Positions 1 through 9,332 of a stretch of DNA of 64,000 bases are shown piece by piece. The notes under the pieces are model-generated. The model saw nothing but the letters and a program-made list of their open reading frames with translations. It searched no databases and had not been told where the DNA came from. Both the position numbers and the translations under genes were made by a program. Numbering within the stretch: the first letter of the stretch is position 1; each line of letters starts with the position of its first letter. The DNA comes from Promethearchaeia archaeon (lineage in GTDB: Archaea; Asgardarchaeota; Lokiarchaeia; Sigyniarchaeales; SOKP01): assembly GCA_046483985.1 (NCBI GenBank), contig JAWOCD010000004.1, positions 18,117 through 82,116 on the forward strand. Direction: 5' to 3'.

Positions 1-361
1 CAGAGATTAAGCAATTGCTCAATATCTAAAGGCTTTTTTAAACTTCTTTAAAGAGTCATTCTTTTATCGAAATCTCATACTCGTGAAGCTCAGAAACGAA
101 GACACAAAACATAACCGAACAGAGAACAGATCTCCCAGATCGAAGAAAAAATGAGATCTTTTGCGAAAGTCTGGTCCACCAAACACTGCAGTCCAGAAAT
201 GGCCGAAAAAATTTTGGAGTTGGCTTTATCCTATCTACTTTAAAATTTCTTCTTTTTTCTTTTAGAAATATTGATTTCAATTGGAATTCCTAACTTTGGG
301 AATTTAGATCACTTCTTAAGTTCTTTTTTATCAGGAAATTTCGCATTTGTGAACATTCAAT

Positions 362-1708
362 TCACCGCTTTTTGGTGATTCTTTCAATATCATCCAAATC
401 ATAGCATTTCACATTTTTTCCCTTATATTCCGTAAGTGTTTGATAAAATGATCGTGCAAATATCATAAAATTTTCTTGTCTCTCCTTAGAATACCAATCA
501 ACATGCTCGGTTTTCTTAATTAAGTTTTTCATAATCCGTTTCGCATTTACATTTTTCTGCCATTTGCACTCAATAAAGGTTACCACCTTGTTTAATTGAT
601 TAAGTGCTAATAAATCTATTTCGTGGTCTTTCCACCACCATCTTCCTATTTTTGTAAATTCCAGCAAATCCGAAGCCCGAATAAGAAGGTTTTTGATGAT
701 ATCTTCGAAAATAGGTCCCAAATAGGCGGGATATTGCTTTTGAATTAATTCAATTTCGAAAACACCTTCCTCAATAGAACTCAGATTAGGATAAATAAAT
801 CGAAACCAGAACTGTAGAAAATGATCCTTAAGGAAATAGCGACCTCGCCTTGAATTTACATTCTCCGTGATTGGAACCTCTCGAGTAATCATGTCAACTT
901 CAATTAGGTTTTTCAAGTAGGGACTAATATCAGTTCGTTTGCTCTTGATATACATTTTAATCTCATTTAATGTGTTATTTCCGAATGCAATTGCCTCTAG
1001 GATTGATTTATAAGTTCCAGGGCGGGTAAATTCATATCGCATTAAAAAATCAATCTCATCAAGGAAAATGGTGCTTTTCTTTTGAAACTCATTCGCAATC
1101 CAGTTCCAAAATGGTAGTTCAATCATGTTTAGGTAATATGGGATTCCATCGGCAAAACTATAGATTTCAATTTGCTCTTTGAGATTTTGGCCCGGAAAAA
1201 ATTGAGCAAAATCGAAAAAATCAAGCGGTTTAAGTTTCAGTGAGGCGGAACGACGCCCATAGAGAGGGCTAGCGTAATCAAGTACCTTGGATGTAATTAT
1301 CGAGACTGAAGAACCGACAAGAAATAGTTTCAAACTTGAGGATTTTAAAATATTATCAGCTATTGATTGGAGAAGATTCAAAATATTGGCATCTTCTTTA
1401 ATCATTTCTTGAAATTCATCAAGTATTATAACCTCTACTTTATTTTTTAGATGATCAAATAAGATCTCATAATCCTCTTTTAACTTGGAAATCTCGGGTA
1501 AATTGGAAAGACTTGCTTTATAAAATCGCTCTAAGTTATTTTCGCCAACGGCAAGATAATAGAGTCTTTTTTTATTCTTAGTTGCTTGCAGTATCAATTC
1601 TGTTTTCCCGACTCTACGACGCCCATAAATAATTACAAGTTGAAACTTATCTCGATCTAGTATTTCCTCAAGTTCATTTAGTTCTTTTTTTCTATTCTGA
1701 AATTTCAT
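362..1708 (-). CDS. Archaeal AAA-family ATPase with C-terminal DUF234/PD-(D/E)xK-like domain
   Basis: Walker A IYGRRRVGKT, Walker B IILDEFQ, SPLYGR motif, C-terminal WW..EIDLLA...FIECKW. Confidence 0.9.
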   Translation of the reverse strand: MKFQNRKKELNELEEILDRDKFQLVIIYGRRRVGKTELILQATKNKKRLYYLAVGENNLERFYKASLSNLPEISKLKEDYEILFDHLKNKVEVIILDEFQEMIKEDANILNLLQSIADNILKSSSLKLFLVGSSVSIITSKVLDYASPLYGRRSASLKLKPLDFFDFAQFFPGQNLKEQIEIYSFADGIPYYLNMIELPFWNWIANEFQKKSTIFLDEIDFLMRYEFTRPGTYKSILEAIAFGNNTLNEIKMYIKSKRTDISPYLKNLIEVDMITREVPITENVNSRRGRYFLKDHFLQFWFRFIYPNLSSIEEGVFEIELIQKQYPAYLGPIFEDIIKNLLIRASDLLEFTKIGRWWWKDHEIDLLALNQLNKVVTFIECKWQKNVNAKRIMKNLIKKTEHVDWYSKERQENFMIFARSFYQTLTEYKGKNVKCYDLDDIERITKKR

Positions 1709-1709
1709 T

Positions 1710-1746
1710 TTGTATAATCGTGATTAGTATAATCTTTATTATACAA
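1710..1746. promoter_or_regulatory. 37-bp nested inverted repeat directly upstream of the ATPase start; putative operator
   Basis: TTGTATAAT-cgt-GATTA-gta-TAATC-ttt-ATTATACAA. Confidence 0.45.
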
Positions 1747-1880
1747 TTATTTTTTTATTTTTTAAATTTTTGTATGAACTCCCTCTACCTTATTTCTATA
1801 TCTCATCAAATAATTAGAATGTTACATTTTAACAAAAAAAAATAGAAAATAAAAAGAGTAATAAATATAAAAAATAGATC

Positions 1881-2903
1881 TTATTGATATCTTTCTAAGA
1901 GTTCTTCAGGCGTAAATACCCCGTCTTCGGTAATAATACCGGCGACTAAATTAAACGGCGTAATATCAAAAGCATAGTTCAAACACTCAACGCCATCGGG
2001 GACGATCTTGACTTTTCCTAAGACGTTACTAACTTCTGAACTATCACGCTGTTCAATCTCTACATCATCAACGGTGTCCTCCAGTGAGAGCGTGGAACTC
2101 GGGGCAGCTACATAAAAAGGAATATCATTATCGTTTGCCGCAAGAGCGACAAGATATGTCCCAATTTTATTAAACACAGCATCTGAACTAACCCGATCTG
2201 TACCCACAATTACCTTATCTATTTTTCCAAGACGCATCAGTAAGCCAGATGAATTATCAACGATCACGTTAACGGGGATCTCGTCGTAATGCAGCTCATA
2301 GGCAGTTAACCGGGCACCTTGGAGGCGAGGTCTGGTTTCATCGGCAATCACGGTAACGTCTTTTCCTTGCGCCACCGCGGAACGTACAGGGGCTAAGGCG
2401 GTCCCGTATTGGACGGTTGCTAAGGATCCCGCATTACAATGCGTAAGGACGGTATCCCCATCCTCTAATAACTCTGCTCCATGCTTCCCGATGCCTTTAT
2501 TCACGTCAATATCTTCTTGGGCCATTCTTTTTGCTTCCTCAATTACGTCCTCCGTAATTGCTCCTGGATCCTTCTCGGATTCTTTGATTATCTTCCAAAT
2601 TCGCCTTACAGCCCAAAAGAGATTGGATGCGGTGGGTCTGGTGCTTTTAATGACCTCAGCAGCCTCTTCCATTTTTTGTAGAAATTCGTCCTTTGGCAAG
2701 GTCTTGTATTCCAAAGCCGCTTGAGCCATTCCCATCGCTGCAGCAACACCAATTGCCGGCGCACCTCGAATATTCATAACTTTTATGGAGTTCGCCACAT
2801 CCCGATAATCATCAAACTCCAAAAATTTCAGCTTGTGCGGTAAGATGGTCTGATCTACCATTTTGACCTTATTATCTTCAGTCCATTCAATTGAGGGGAT
2901 CAT
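1881..2903 (-). CDS. mtnA: S-methyl-5-thioribose-1-phosphate isomerase (eIF-2B alpha/beta/delta family)
   Basis: IRGAPAIG, TRPTASNL, LTHCNAGSLAT, ETRPRLQGARLT, NKIGTY, AFDITP motifs. Confidence 0.9.
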   Translation of the reverse strand: MIPSIEWTEDNKVKMVDQTILPHKLKFLEFDDYRDVANSIKVMNIRGAPAIGVAAAMGMAQAALEYKTLPKDEFLQKMEEAAEVIKSTRPTASNLFWAVRRIWKIIKESEKDPGAITEDVIEEAKRMAQEDIDVNKGIGKHGAELLEDGDTVLTHCNAGSLATVQYGTALAPVRSAVAQGKDVTVIADETRPRLQGARLTAYELHYDEIPVNVIVDNSSGLLMRLGKIDKVIVGTDRVSSDAVFNKIGTYLVALAANDNDIPFYVAAPSSTLSLEDTVDDVEIEQRDSSEVSNVLGKVKIVPDGVECLNYAFDITPFNLVAGIITEDGVFTPEELLERYQ

Positions 2904-3159
2904 TGTACTTAAAAAAATGTTTGAACCTTTAAAATACTTGATTTTGTCCTTCGATTATTATTCATCTGAATGATCATTCAATTTCGTAATACTTTTTTCT
3001 AAAGGAATAATATCCCGCGAGGTGATTTAAGGAAAGGTCCTTTAATTTCTGTTCATACTGGCTCCTAATCTATTCATATTATCCTCTATAAGCCAAGAGT
3101 TTAAATATAATCTTACGTCAATACTATATAATATAATCAAAACAAATTGCTGATCGAAA

Positions 3160-3288
3160 ATGAAAATCAAAAAGAAAGAAAAAACTGTTGTAGCAGCTTG
3201 TAAGTGCGGGGGCGGATGCGTCTCTACCAGTTGTAAATGTGGAGGAGGCTGTGCCTCTACGAGCTGCAAATGCGGTTGCGGCTGTTAG
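3160..3288 (+). CDS. 42-aa Cys-rich metallothionein-like peptide (not in ORF track)
   Basis: Hand translation MKIKKKEKTVVAACKCGGGCVSTSCKCGGGCASTSCKCGCGC*; 10 Cys; repeats differ mainly at synonymous positions; T-rich tract after stop. Confidence 0.75.
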   Translation: MKIKKKEKTVVAACKCGGGCVSTSCKCGGGCASTSCKCGCGC

Positions 3289-3345
3289 GTCGCAAAAATT
3301 TAATAACTCTTTTTTATTCTTTTTTCTATTATTTTTCATTAATAT

Positions 3346-3630
3346 GTGCCCAAGATTATCAAAAAGGAATATGATCGTTATCATAAGATCTTAGGAAAAA
3401 CTAAAATTTTCAAGGAGATTATTAATTGTGTGGAAGATTTAAATGAAACATTTGACTCCATTGAGGCTATAATTTCAGAAGATTTAGAATCCGGAAGATC
3501 ATTTATTAATAAGGTTTTTACCAAGGAACCGCAAGAAACCGTTAGCTTTAACCAAGGAACCATAGAAGAACTGTTTGAACTTTTGAAGTTAGCTCGAAGT
3601 AGTTTAAAAGAGCTCGAGCAAAACCATTAA
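3346..3630 (+). CDS. Hypothetical protein
   Basis: 94-aa ORF, GTG start, protein-like composition; no motif recognised. Confidence 0.5.
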   Translation: MPKIIKKEYDRYHKILGKTKIFKEIINCVEDLNETFDSIEAIISEDLESGRSFINKVFTKEPQETVSFNQGTIEELFELLKLARSSLKELEQNH

Positions 3631-3704
3631 ATAGGACCCTCTTTATATTATATTAACTACATTACACAAAAAGAAAGGTAATAAGGAGGTAAAACCTATA
3701 TTAC

Positions 3705-5210
3705 ATGATTTTCATGGAAAAAAAAACAAAACGAATCGCATTAGGCATCATCTTAACAGTAATAATAACCTTTAGTTCTATCGGTGTCTTTACAATTCTC
3801 TTTTTCTGGAATAATTACAGTATTCCTCTGGATGCACAAGAAAGTGTAAATTCGGTCGATCCTGATTATATATTTGACACGGGAGATCTTACAGAATCCG
3901 GTCAAACAGAGGAATATAAGGCGTACAATGAATGGACAACTTCACTAGAAGGAAAAGTTTTTGCCGTTCAAGGCGGCCATGATCGAGAACATCGAAGAGG
4001 TGACCCATATGGTACCGGATTTTTTACTGAATGTAACTTTGATTCTCCCACCGGTGTGCTAAAAATGGGGAATAATGTATTTATATTGATCTCTGAAGAC
4101 CGATATTATCATCAAGAAGAAAATATATGGATGCATCATATAACTGACCAATTGCATCAATGGATTAGCGAAAAATTGGCAGAATATGCAGTAAATGACA
4201 CCAATATTTTCATTTTCGAGCATTGTCCCATAAAAAATACCGTTGCGTGGTCCGATGGAGAATGGTGGGCAACGGGCAATGATCCTTGGGAAAAAGTGTC
4301 AAATCGCTGGTTGGATCTTATGGGAGAATATGATGACCATATTGTCGCCCATGTTTCTGGACATATACATACTCATTATGCGTGGAAAGATACACCAAAC
4401 GATACGGAAAAATACGGCTATGGAGATGGGGATGACGGCATTGAAGATGTAGGTCATTTTGTGAATGGGAGTGATAAAGAGGGGTTACCTAAGGTTTATT
4501 TTCTTAATCCACAAGCCCTCTGCTATACCCATGGAAGTGCATGGACCGAATTTGAAACTGCGGCTATTTATTATTATGATATGGAGCAGAATAAGGACCA
4601 GTTTACCATCAAGACACGCGATATTCACACGAAAAAGGATGTCGATTCGTATACGGTTAAAACCAATTTTCCTATAGATCTGGGAGACGGACAAATAAAC
4701 TTTATCGAATCTAAGACCACCATTGTCTCAAAAAGTGAGACTAAAATAGGAAAAGAGGATTGGTTATTGGTCTCTAAGGGAAGTATTGTCACTTTTCACA
4801 AAAAGTGGAATCTTCCCGTTGATAATTTCAGTATTGAATTTGATCCAGAAGACGTCCATTATACTATAGAAAGTATTGAAGAAGGAGACAACGAGGTTTT
4901 TATGGAGATCAAGTTTGAAGAGCAAGCAATCATTCGAGACGTGAATATCTTACCCTTCAAAAAGAATACAACCGAAAATAATGCGTCAATAGAGAACAAA
5001 AGAATGGTGTTTCTCACCGACATTCATTTTGATTCTCCCAAGAACGGACATCAATTTGGAGGGGTCCAAGTAGATGTATTGGCTCATTTTGGCATAATTG
5101 GGAAATTTCTTGAAAAGCAAAGTCCCATCGTGTTCATTATAGTAGGAAGTTTCACAGTATTACTGTTGCTTGCGGTCGGAGTCTATATTTGGCAGAAAAA
5201 AAAGAAATAG
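3705..5210 (+). CDS. Membrane-anchored calcineurin-like metallophosphoesterase, apparently circularly permuted
   Basis: TGDLT, GGHD, FEHCP, SGHIH motifs; DxH motif (VFLTDIHF) near C-terminus; TM helix at both ends. Confidence 0.75.
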   Translation: MIFMEKKTKRIALGIILTVIITFSSIGVFTILFFWNNYSIPLDAQESVNSVDPDYIFDTGDLTESGQTEEYKAYNEWTTSLEGKVFAVQGGHDREHRRGDPYGTGFFTECNFDSPTGVLKMGNNVFILISEDRYYHQEENIWMHHITDQLHQWISEKLAEYAVNDTNIFIFEHCPIKNTVAWSDGEWWATGNDPWEKVSNRWLDLMGEYDDHIVAHVSGHIHTHYAWKDTPNDTEKYGYGDGDDGIEDVGHFVNGSDKEGLPKVYFLNPQALCYTHGSAWTEFETAAIYYYDMEQNKDQFTIKTRDIHTKKDVDSYTVKTNFPIDLGDGQINFIESKTTIVSKSETKIGKEDWLLVSKGSIVTFHKKWNLPVDNFSIEFDPEDVHYTIESIEEGDNEVFMEIKFEEQAIIRDVNILPFKKNTTENNASIENKRMVFLTDIHFDSPKNGHQFGGVQVDVLAHFGIIGKFLEKQSPIVFIIVGSFTVLLLLAVGVYIWQKKKK

Positions 5211-5372
5211 ATCAACAAAAAAATCAAGGCAAAGGTTTTTTTCAATCTAAGAGGGCTTAAGTCCTTTTCTAATTATTTGAATCACCATTTATCGATAGAA
5301 ATCATTTCATCGATTTTCGTCGGTCTTAAAATGGCAATTTTCAAAAATAAATTATTCTTATATGAAGTTAAT

Positions 5373-7883
5373 ATGAAAAAAGTTAATTGGGAAGATTTAA
5401 ATGCTTTATATAATGTAATTCCTTTAGTTAAACAATTTACTGATAAAAATCCAATAAAAAAATACTCCGCAAATCTTGATAAAATTGAGAAAAAAATTAA
5501 AAATCTGAGAGAGTCATTAAAAACAGAAAAAAAATCGGATATAATTGAGAAACGATTTAAAAAGATACTGAAAAGATTAAAGAAGATTATACACAAAGAG
5601 GACTTTCCCCCCACCATTTTTATTGTTGGCGCTCACGGCGGTGTCATTGTTAAAGACGTTCCATTTTGTGAGTTTGATTCTCCAGAGTATGCAATGCATT
5701 CTCTTTTTGAAAAGATGAAATTAGCAATAAAAAATGAAATACCTTATAACTTAGAAATAGCAGTATGCTGTTTAGAATGGGTACGAAATAACCATTCTAA
5801 TAACATCTCAACTTTTTTGGACTTATTTCACAAGGGTATGTTTGAAATCATCAATCCCACCTATTCCCAACCATATAATTTACTTATCGGTGCTGAATCA
5901 AATATCAAACAATTTGAATATGGGATCCAAGTTTTGAAGGAATTAGGGCTAAAAGCGAATATCTATTACTGTACCGAAAGCTCTTTACATCCACAAATCC
6001 CCCAAATCCTCAAAGGGTTTGGAATAGAATATGCATCCCTTAGGGTTCGGCTTTTAGGAACAAATCCAACATCTCATTCTGGAAATATCAACTGGAAGGG
6101 TATAGATAACACAAAAATCAATACACTATCCGATCAACCCGGACTTTACAATGGAGAATATTTTCACGGAACCTTTTTTCAAGAGATTCCAAACTTGCTA
6201 TTCCAAGCAGTTTCACGCCCTATCTTGAACAATATTATTTATTCTTCTATAGAAGATTTTGTTATGCCCTTACCGTTTCAAGAGGATATATGGAGAGTCC
6301 ATAAATATGCTGATCTTTTTGGGGAATTTTTTTTAAGTACTAAGGTATTTCAGCAATTAGAGAGGAGTGGTACATATAAATATTCCCGGGACGATTTTTT
6401 CTTGGGAGATAAACTTTTTAAGCTTTCCAATTTACTCCTCCAGAATAAAAAAGCAGAAATCTCTCTTATATCAGCAGAAATTTTTAATGTATTGGCTGGT
6501 TTTTTCGGGTTACAAGCAGAAATTCATCTTTTCGAAAAACTATGGAGAGATTTGCTTTTAGCTCAATCGCATGATGCCTACGCCGTTCCATATATTCGGA
6601 CGGGAGATTATTCTCGGTTTCAATTAAGTAAAGAGGAAATAAAAAAACTTTCCTTAAAGGATTCGGAGATTTCAATATCAGCGCTAAGCATTCAGATTTG
6701 TAAGGAAATTCAAAAGAAATGTAATCAGTTTATTTCTAAAGGGCTTGAAAATATGACATCTAAAGATAATAAGAGAAAAAGGGTAAAAAATCAAGGAATT
6801 GTTATTTTTAATCCAAGTCCTTATTCCAGAAATGATATTGTTGAAATTTCCTTACCAAGACAAAATATCTCCAAAAGAATTTTAACAAGGAAAGAACAAG
6901 AATTATTACATATTAAACAAGGTTCAAAAATCAAGTGTATTGTAGATCTACCGCCTTTTGGGTTTAAATTTTTAAAATTGAGCAATAGAAAGTACGAACA
7001 ATCGAACATTCAAGCTGAATATCTTTATGAAGTAGAGATCTCAAAAAATAAAGAAAGAATCCAATTCAAATATAAGGATAACCATATCTTTAATATAGGA
7101 TTTCGTGCCCCAGAATCTATTAGAATTGAGTCTTACGAAAAAGTAAGTACTGATATCGAAAAAAAAGATGTCATAACAGGTTTTAACCAAGAGGAAAAAG
7201 AAATTTTTTCTATGGAGATAATCCAATATTCCAAAATTAATCGATTAGAATTTATACTGGATAACGGAGACTTGGTTGAACTCCTGATTGAACCAATCAT
7301 AAATATTCAAAAAACGTTGATTAATTATCCTTTCGGCATAGAAGAAACGAAAAGAAACCAAATAAAAACTCTAGATTTTATGTTACTTAAAGGGAAGGAT
7401 AAGGGGCTAATTTTTATTCAAAAAAATTGCCCTAGGTTTAAAATAAATCACCAGAATTACCATATTACAAATCAAGTTGAAAAAGGGAGACAGTTTGAAT
7501 TTTCTATTTCTTTTCTGAAGGATCCAAGTATTAAGACTGCCAGAAGGTATGTCAATTGTTACTTTTATAGATCTTTCGGAGTCTATACCACTTTAGGATT
7601 AAAAGAGTTCCCTAAAAATGATTTTTTCTCAATGGATAATGCAAGTACTTTTGTAAATTTATGGAGGAGAGGAGAAAAAATATATCTCAGGGTGTTTAAC
7701 CCTTCTGATAGAATGACCAAATTAAAAATATGTGGAAAATTGATGAGGGATCAAGTTGAAATTCTCGACTTTAATCATCGTACAATTAAGAACAGTAATC
7801 CGAAAATTCTTGAACTAAAACCATGGAAAATAATGACTCTACGAGTTAATGGAGGAGAGGAGAAAAATGCCTACAGCGAATAA
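5373..7883 (+). CDS. Glycoside hydrolase family 38 (alpha-mannosidase)-like protein
   Basis: YSQP...GAESNIKQFEYG, QIPQILKGFGI, WKGIDNT, LLLAQSHDA, VIFNPS, LKPWKIMTL; start set at ATG 5373. Confidence 0.7.
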   Translation: MKKVNWEDLNALYNVIPLVKQFTDKNPIKKYSANLDKIEKKIKNLRESLKTEKKSDIIEKRFKKILKRLKKIIHKEDFPPTIFIVGAHGGVIVKDVPFCEFDSPEYAMHSLFEKMKLAIKNEIPYNLEIAVCCLEWVRNNHSNNISTFLDLFHKGMFEIINPTYSQPYNLLIGAESNIKQFEYGIQVLKELGLKANIYYCTESSLHPQIPQILKGFGIEYASLRVRLLGTNPTSHSGNINWKGIDNTKINTLSDQPGLYNGEYFHGTFFQEIPNLLFQAVSRPILNNIIYSSIEDFVMPLPFQEDIWRVHKYADLFGEFFLSTKVFQQLERSGTYKYSRDDFFLGDKLFKLSNLLLQNKKAEISLISAEIFNVLAGFFGLQAEIHLFEKLWRDLLLAQSHDAYAVPYIRTGDYSRFQLSKEEIKKLSLKDSEISISALSIQICKEIQKKCNQFISKGLENMTSKDNKRKRVKNQGIVIFNPSPYSRNDIVEISLPRQNISKRILTRKEQELLHIKQGSKIKCIVDLPPFGFKFLKLSNRKYEQSNIQAEYLYEVEISKNKERIQFKYKDNHIFNIGFRAPESIRIESYEKVSTDIEKKDVITGFNQEEKEIFSMEIIQYSKINRLEFILDNGDLVELLIEPIINIQKTLINYPFGIEETKRNQIKTLDFMLLKGKDKGLIFIQKNCPRFKINHQNYHITNQVEKGRQFEFSISFLKDPSIKTARRYVNCYFYRSFGVYTTLGLKEFPKNDFFSMDNASTFVNLWRRGEKIYLRVFNPSDRMTKLKICGKLMRDQVEILDFNHRTIKNSNPKILELKPWKIMTLRVNGGEEKNAYSE

Positions 7884-8238
7884 AATTCATCTTAGTTTTG
7901 AAATTGGTAAACTTAAAAATCAAGTAATTGAAGCGGGAATAACCAAATCCTTTAGGAAAGACCGTATATTTGAAGAGGTAATTAAAGAGATTTTAGAGTT
8001 TTATCACGGAAAGAAGGAGTTCGAAAAGAAAATTGACTTAAACAAAGTAGAAGTATTTGTAAACCGACCCCCCGAAAAATCTCATAAACCTACTGAAGAG
8101 AATTTGGACAAATATTGTCCATTAGCAAGAAAAGTGAGGATTCCCTCCCATAAAAAGATGAAGAATAAGAACTTAGAATTGTCCGTAGAAAAAGTGGTAA
8201 AGACATCTAAAATTGGAGTTTTTACAATTTATTACTAA
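7867..8238 (+). CDS. Hypothetical protein
   Basis: ORF overlapping the end of the GH38-like gene; ATG 7867 follows a purine-rich SD-like tract. Confidence 0.55.
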   Translation: MPTANKIHLSFEIGKLKNQVIEAGITKSFRKDRIFEEVIKEILEFYHGKKEFEKKIDLNKVEVFVNRPPEKSHKPTEENLDKYCPLARKVRIPSHKKMKNKNLELSVEKVVKTSKIGVFTIYY

Positions 8239-8240
8239 AC

Positions 8241-9089
8241 TCATCCTTCAATCCATTTCTCAACCCTTGGAATCACCGGTTGTTTCAGAATTTTTCGCAG
8301 CCATTCACGGCGAGTTTTTATCTTATCAGGGACTATACTCCCAGGATGATCCCCAATGGGTGTAATTAAATGCCCTTCTATCCATCTTCGTTTGAGGATA
8401 CTATTCCAAAAAACCGATTTTAACACCATTTGTAAGGACTGATGAAGGGGCGCATTTGCCGAATATGGGCTACACTTCCCGGTTTTCATGGCAGCGACAA
8501 GATCATCGGGGTCTTCACTATTTACAGCTACTTGCGTGAAGGCGCACCCAAAAGTTTCCGGGCTATGTGCATCAGAACCTGCGATCCTCCTTCCCGTGGG
8601 AAATTGACTATAAACCTTATGAGTCTTAATATTTTGATGATAAATTGTCCCGTTTGTCCATTCAATCCCGTCAATGTCCAATCGCTTTACCACTTCTGGA
8701 ACCCATAAGCCTTGGTGTGGATTTGAATATGGATGAGCAAGGAAAATTGCGCAGCCTTGTTCCCTCAGATATTCAATTGCGATATCTGGATCAATAGTAT
8801 CCCTTCGATAGGGCCATTCATTTACGCCATAGGCAAGAATATGGTTATAATTTGTAGAAACTTCTATTGCAGATATACACGGTAAGTTTGCTTCCTTGGC
8901 CTCTTTTTTGATCCTTCCCGCTCCTTCCACAGTATCGTGTGCCATCGCGCAGACATAGTTAAAACCTTTCTTTTTAGTACATTTTATAAAATCTCGAGGG
9001 GAAAGTAATCCGTCATGCAAATCAAAATAACTGTGAATATGGGCATCAAAAACTGCCCCAAATTCTTCAATACTGTACTTTATAGCCAT
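8241..9089 (-). CDS. PHP-domain metal-dependent phosphoesterase
   Basis: DAHIHS, HD, EV..HILAYG, LAHP, GSDAH motifs. Confidence 0.85.
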   Translation of the reverse strand: MAIKYSIEEFGAVFDAHIHSYFDLHDGLLSPRDFIKCTKKKGFNYVCAMAHDTVEGAGRIKKEAKEANLPCISAIEVSTNYNHILAYGVNEWPYRRDTIDPDIAIEYLREQGCAIFLAHPYSNPHQGLWVPEVVKRLDIDGIEWTNGTIYHQNIKTHKVYSQFPTGRRIAGSDAHSPETFGCAFTQVAVNSEDPDDLVAAMKTGKCSPYSANAPLHQSLQMVLKSVFWNSILKRRWIEGHLITPIGDHPGSIVPDKIKTRREWLRKILKQPVIPRVEKWIEG

Positions 9090-9187
9090 GTAAGTCTGAT
9101 AAAAATAATTATTTCTCTAATATAAATTACGGGAAAAAGTTTCTAAATTGATCTTGAATAGAAAACCAACAATAAAAATATTTGCGT

Positions 9188-9235
9188 ACAAAATTCAACC
9201 CCGATCTAAAAGACGGGGACCTCTTTTGCTATAAG
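9188..9235 (-). mobile_element. Solo IS200/IS605-type left-end hairpin (mini-element)
   Basis: Minus strand TTTAA|cttatagcaaaagaggtCCCCGtcttttagatCGGGGttgaattttg; similar to 60974 and 63845 copies. Confidence 0.65.
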
Positions 9236-9332
9236 TTAAAAAGTATAGTCACTCCTTTTCACCTTAATTCATGCTAAAGTCCTTTTTTATTATTAGCTGA
9301 ACATTTTTATTCCCAGAATTCTATTCTAACAT

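Noticed and set aside
1-300. Possible decayed gene or transposase tail at the window start
   Set aside because: Only short stop-interrupted frames; no motif I can assign.
3042-3384. Minus-strand ORFs with QLVEAQPPPH repeats
   Set aside because: Antisense shadows of the Cys-rich peptide gene at 3160-3288.
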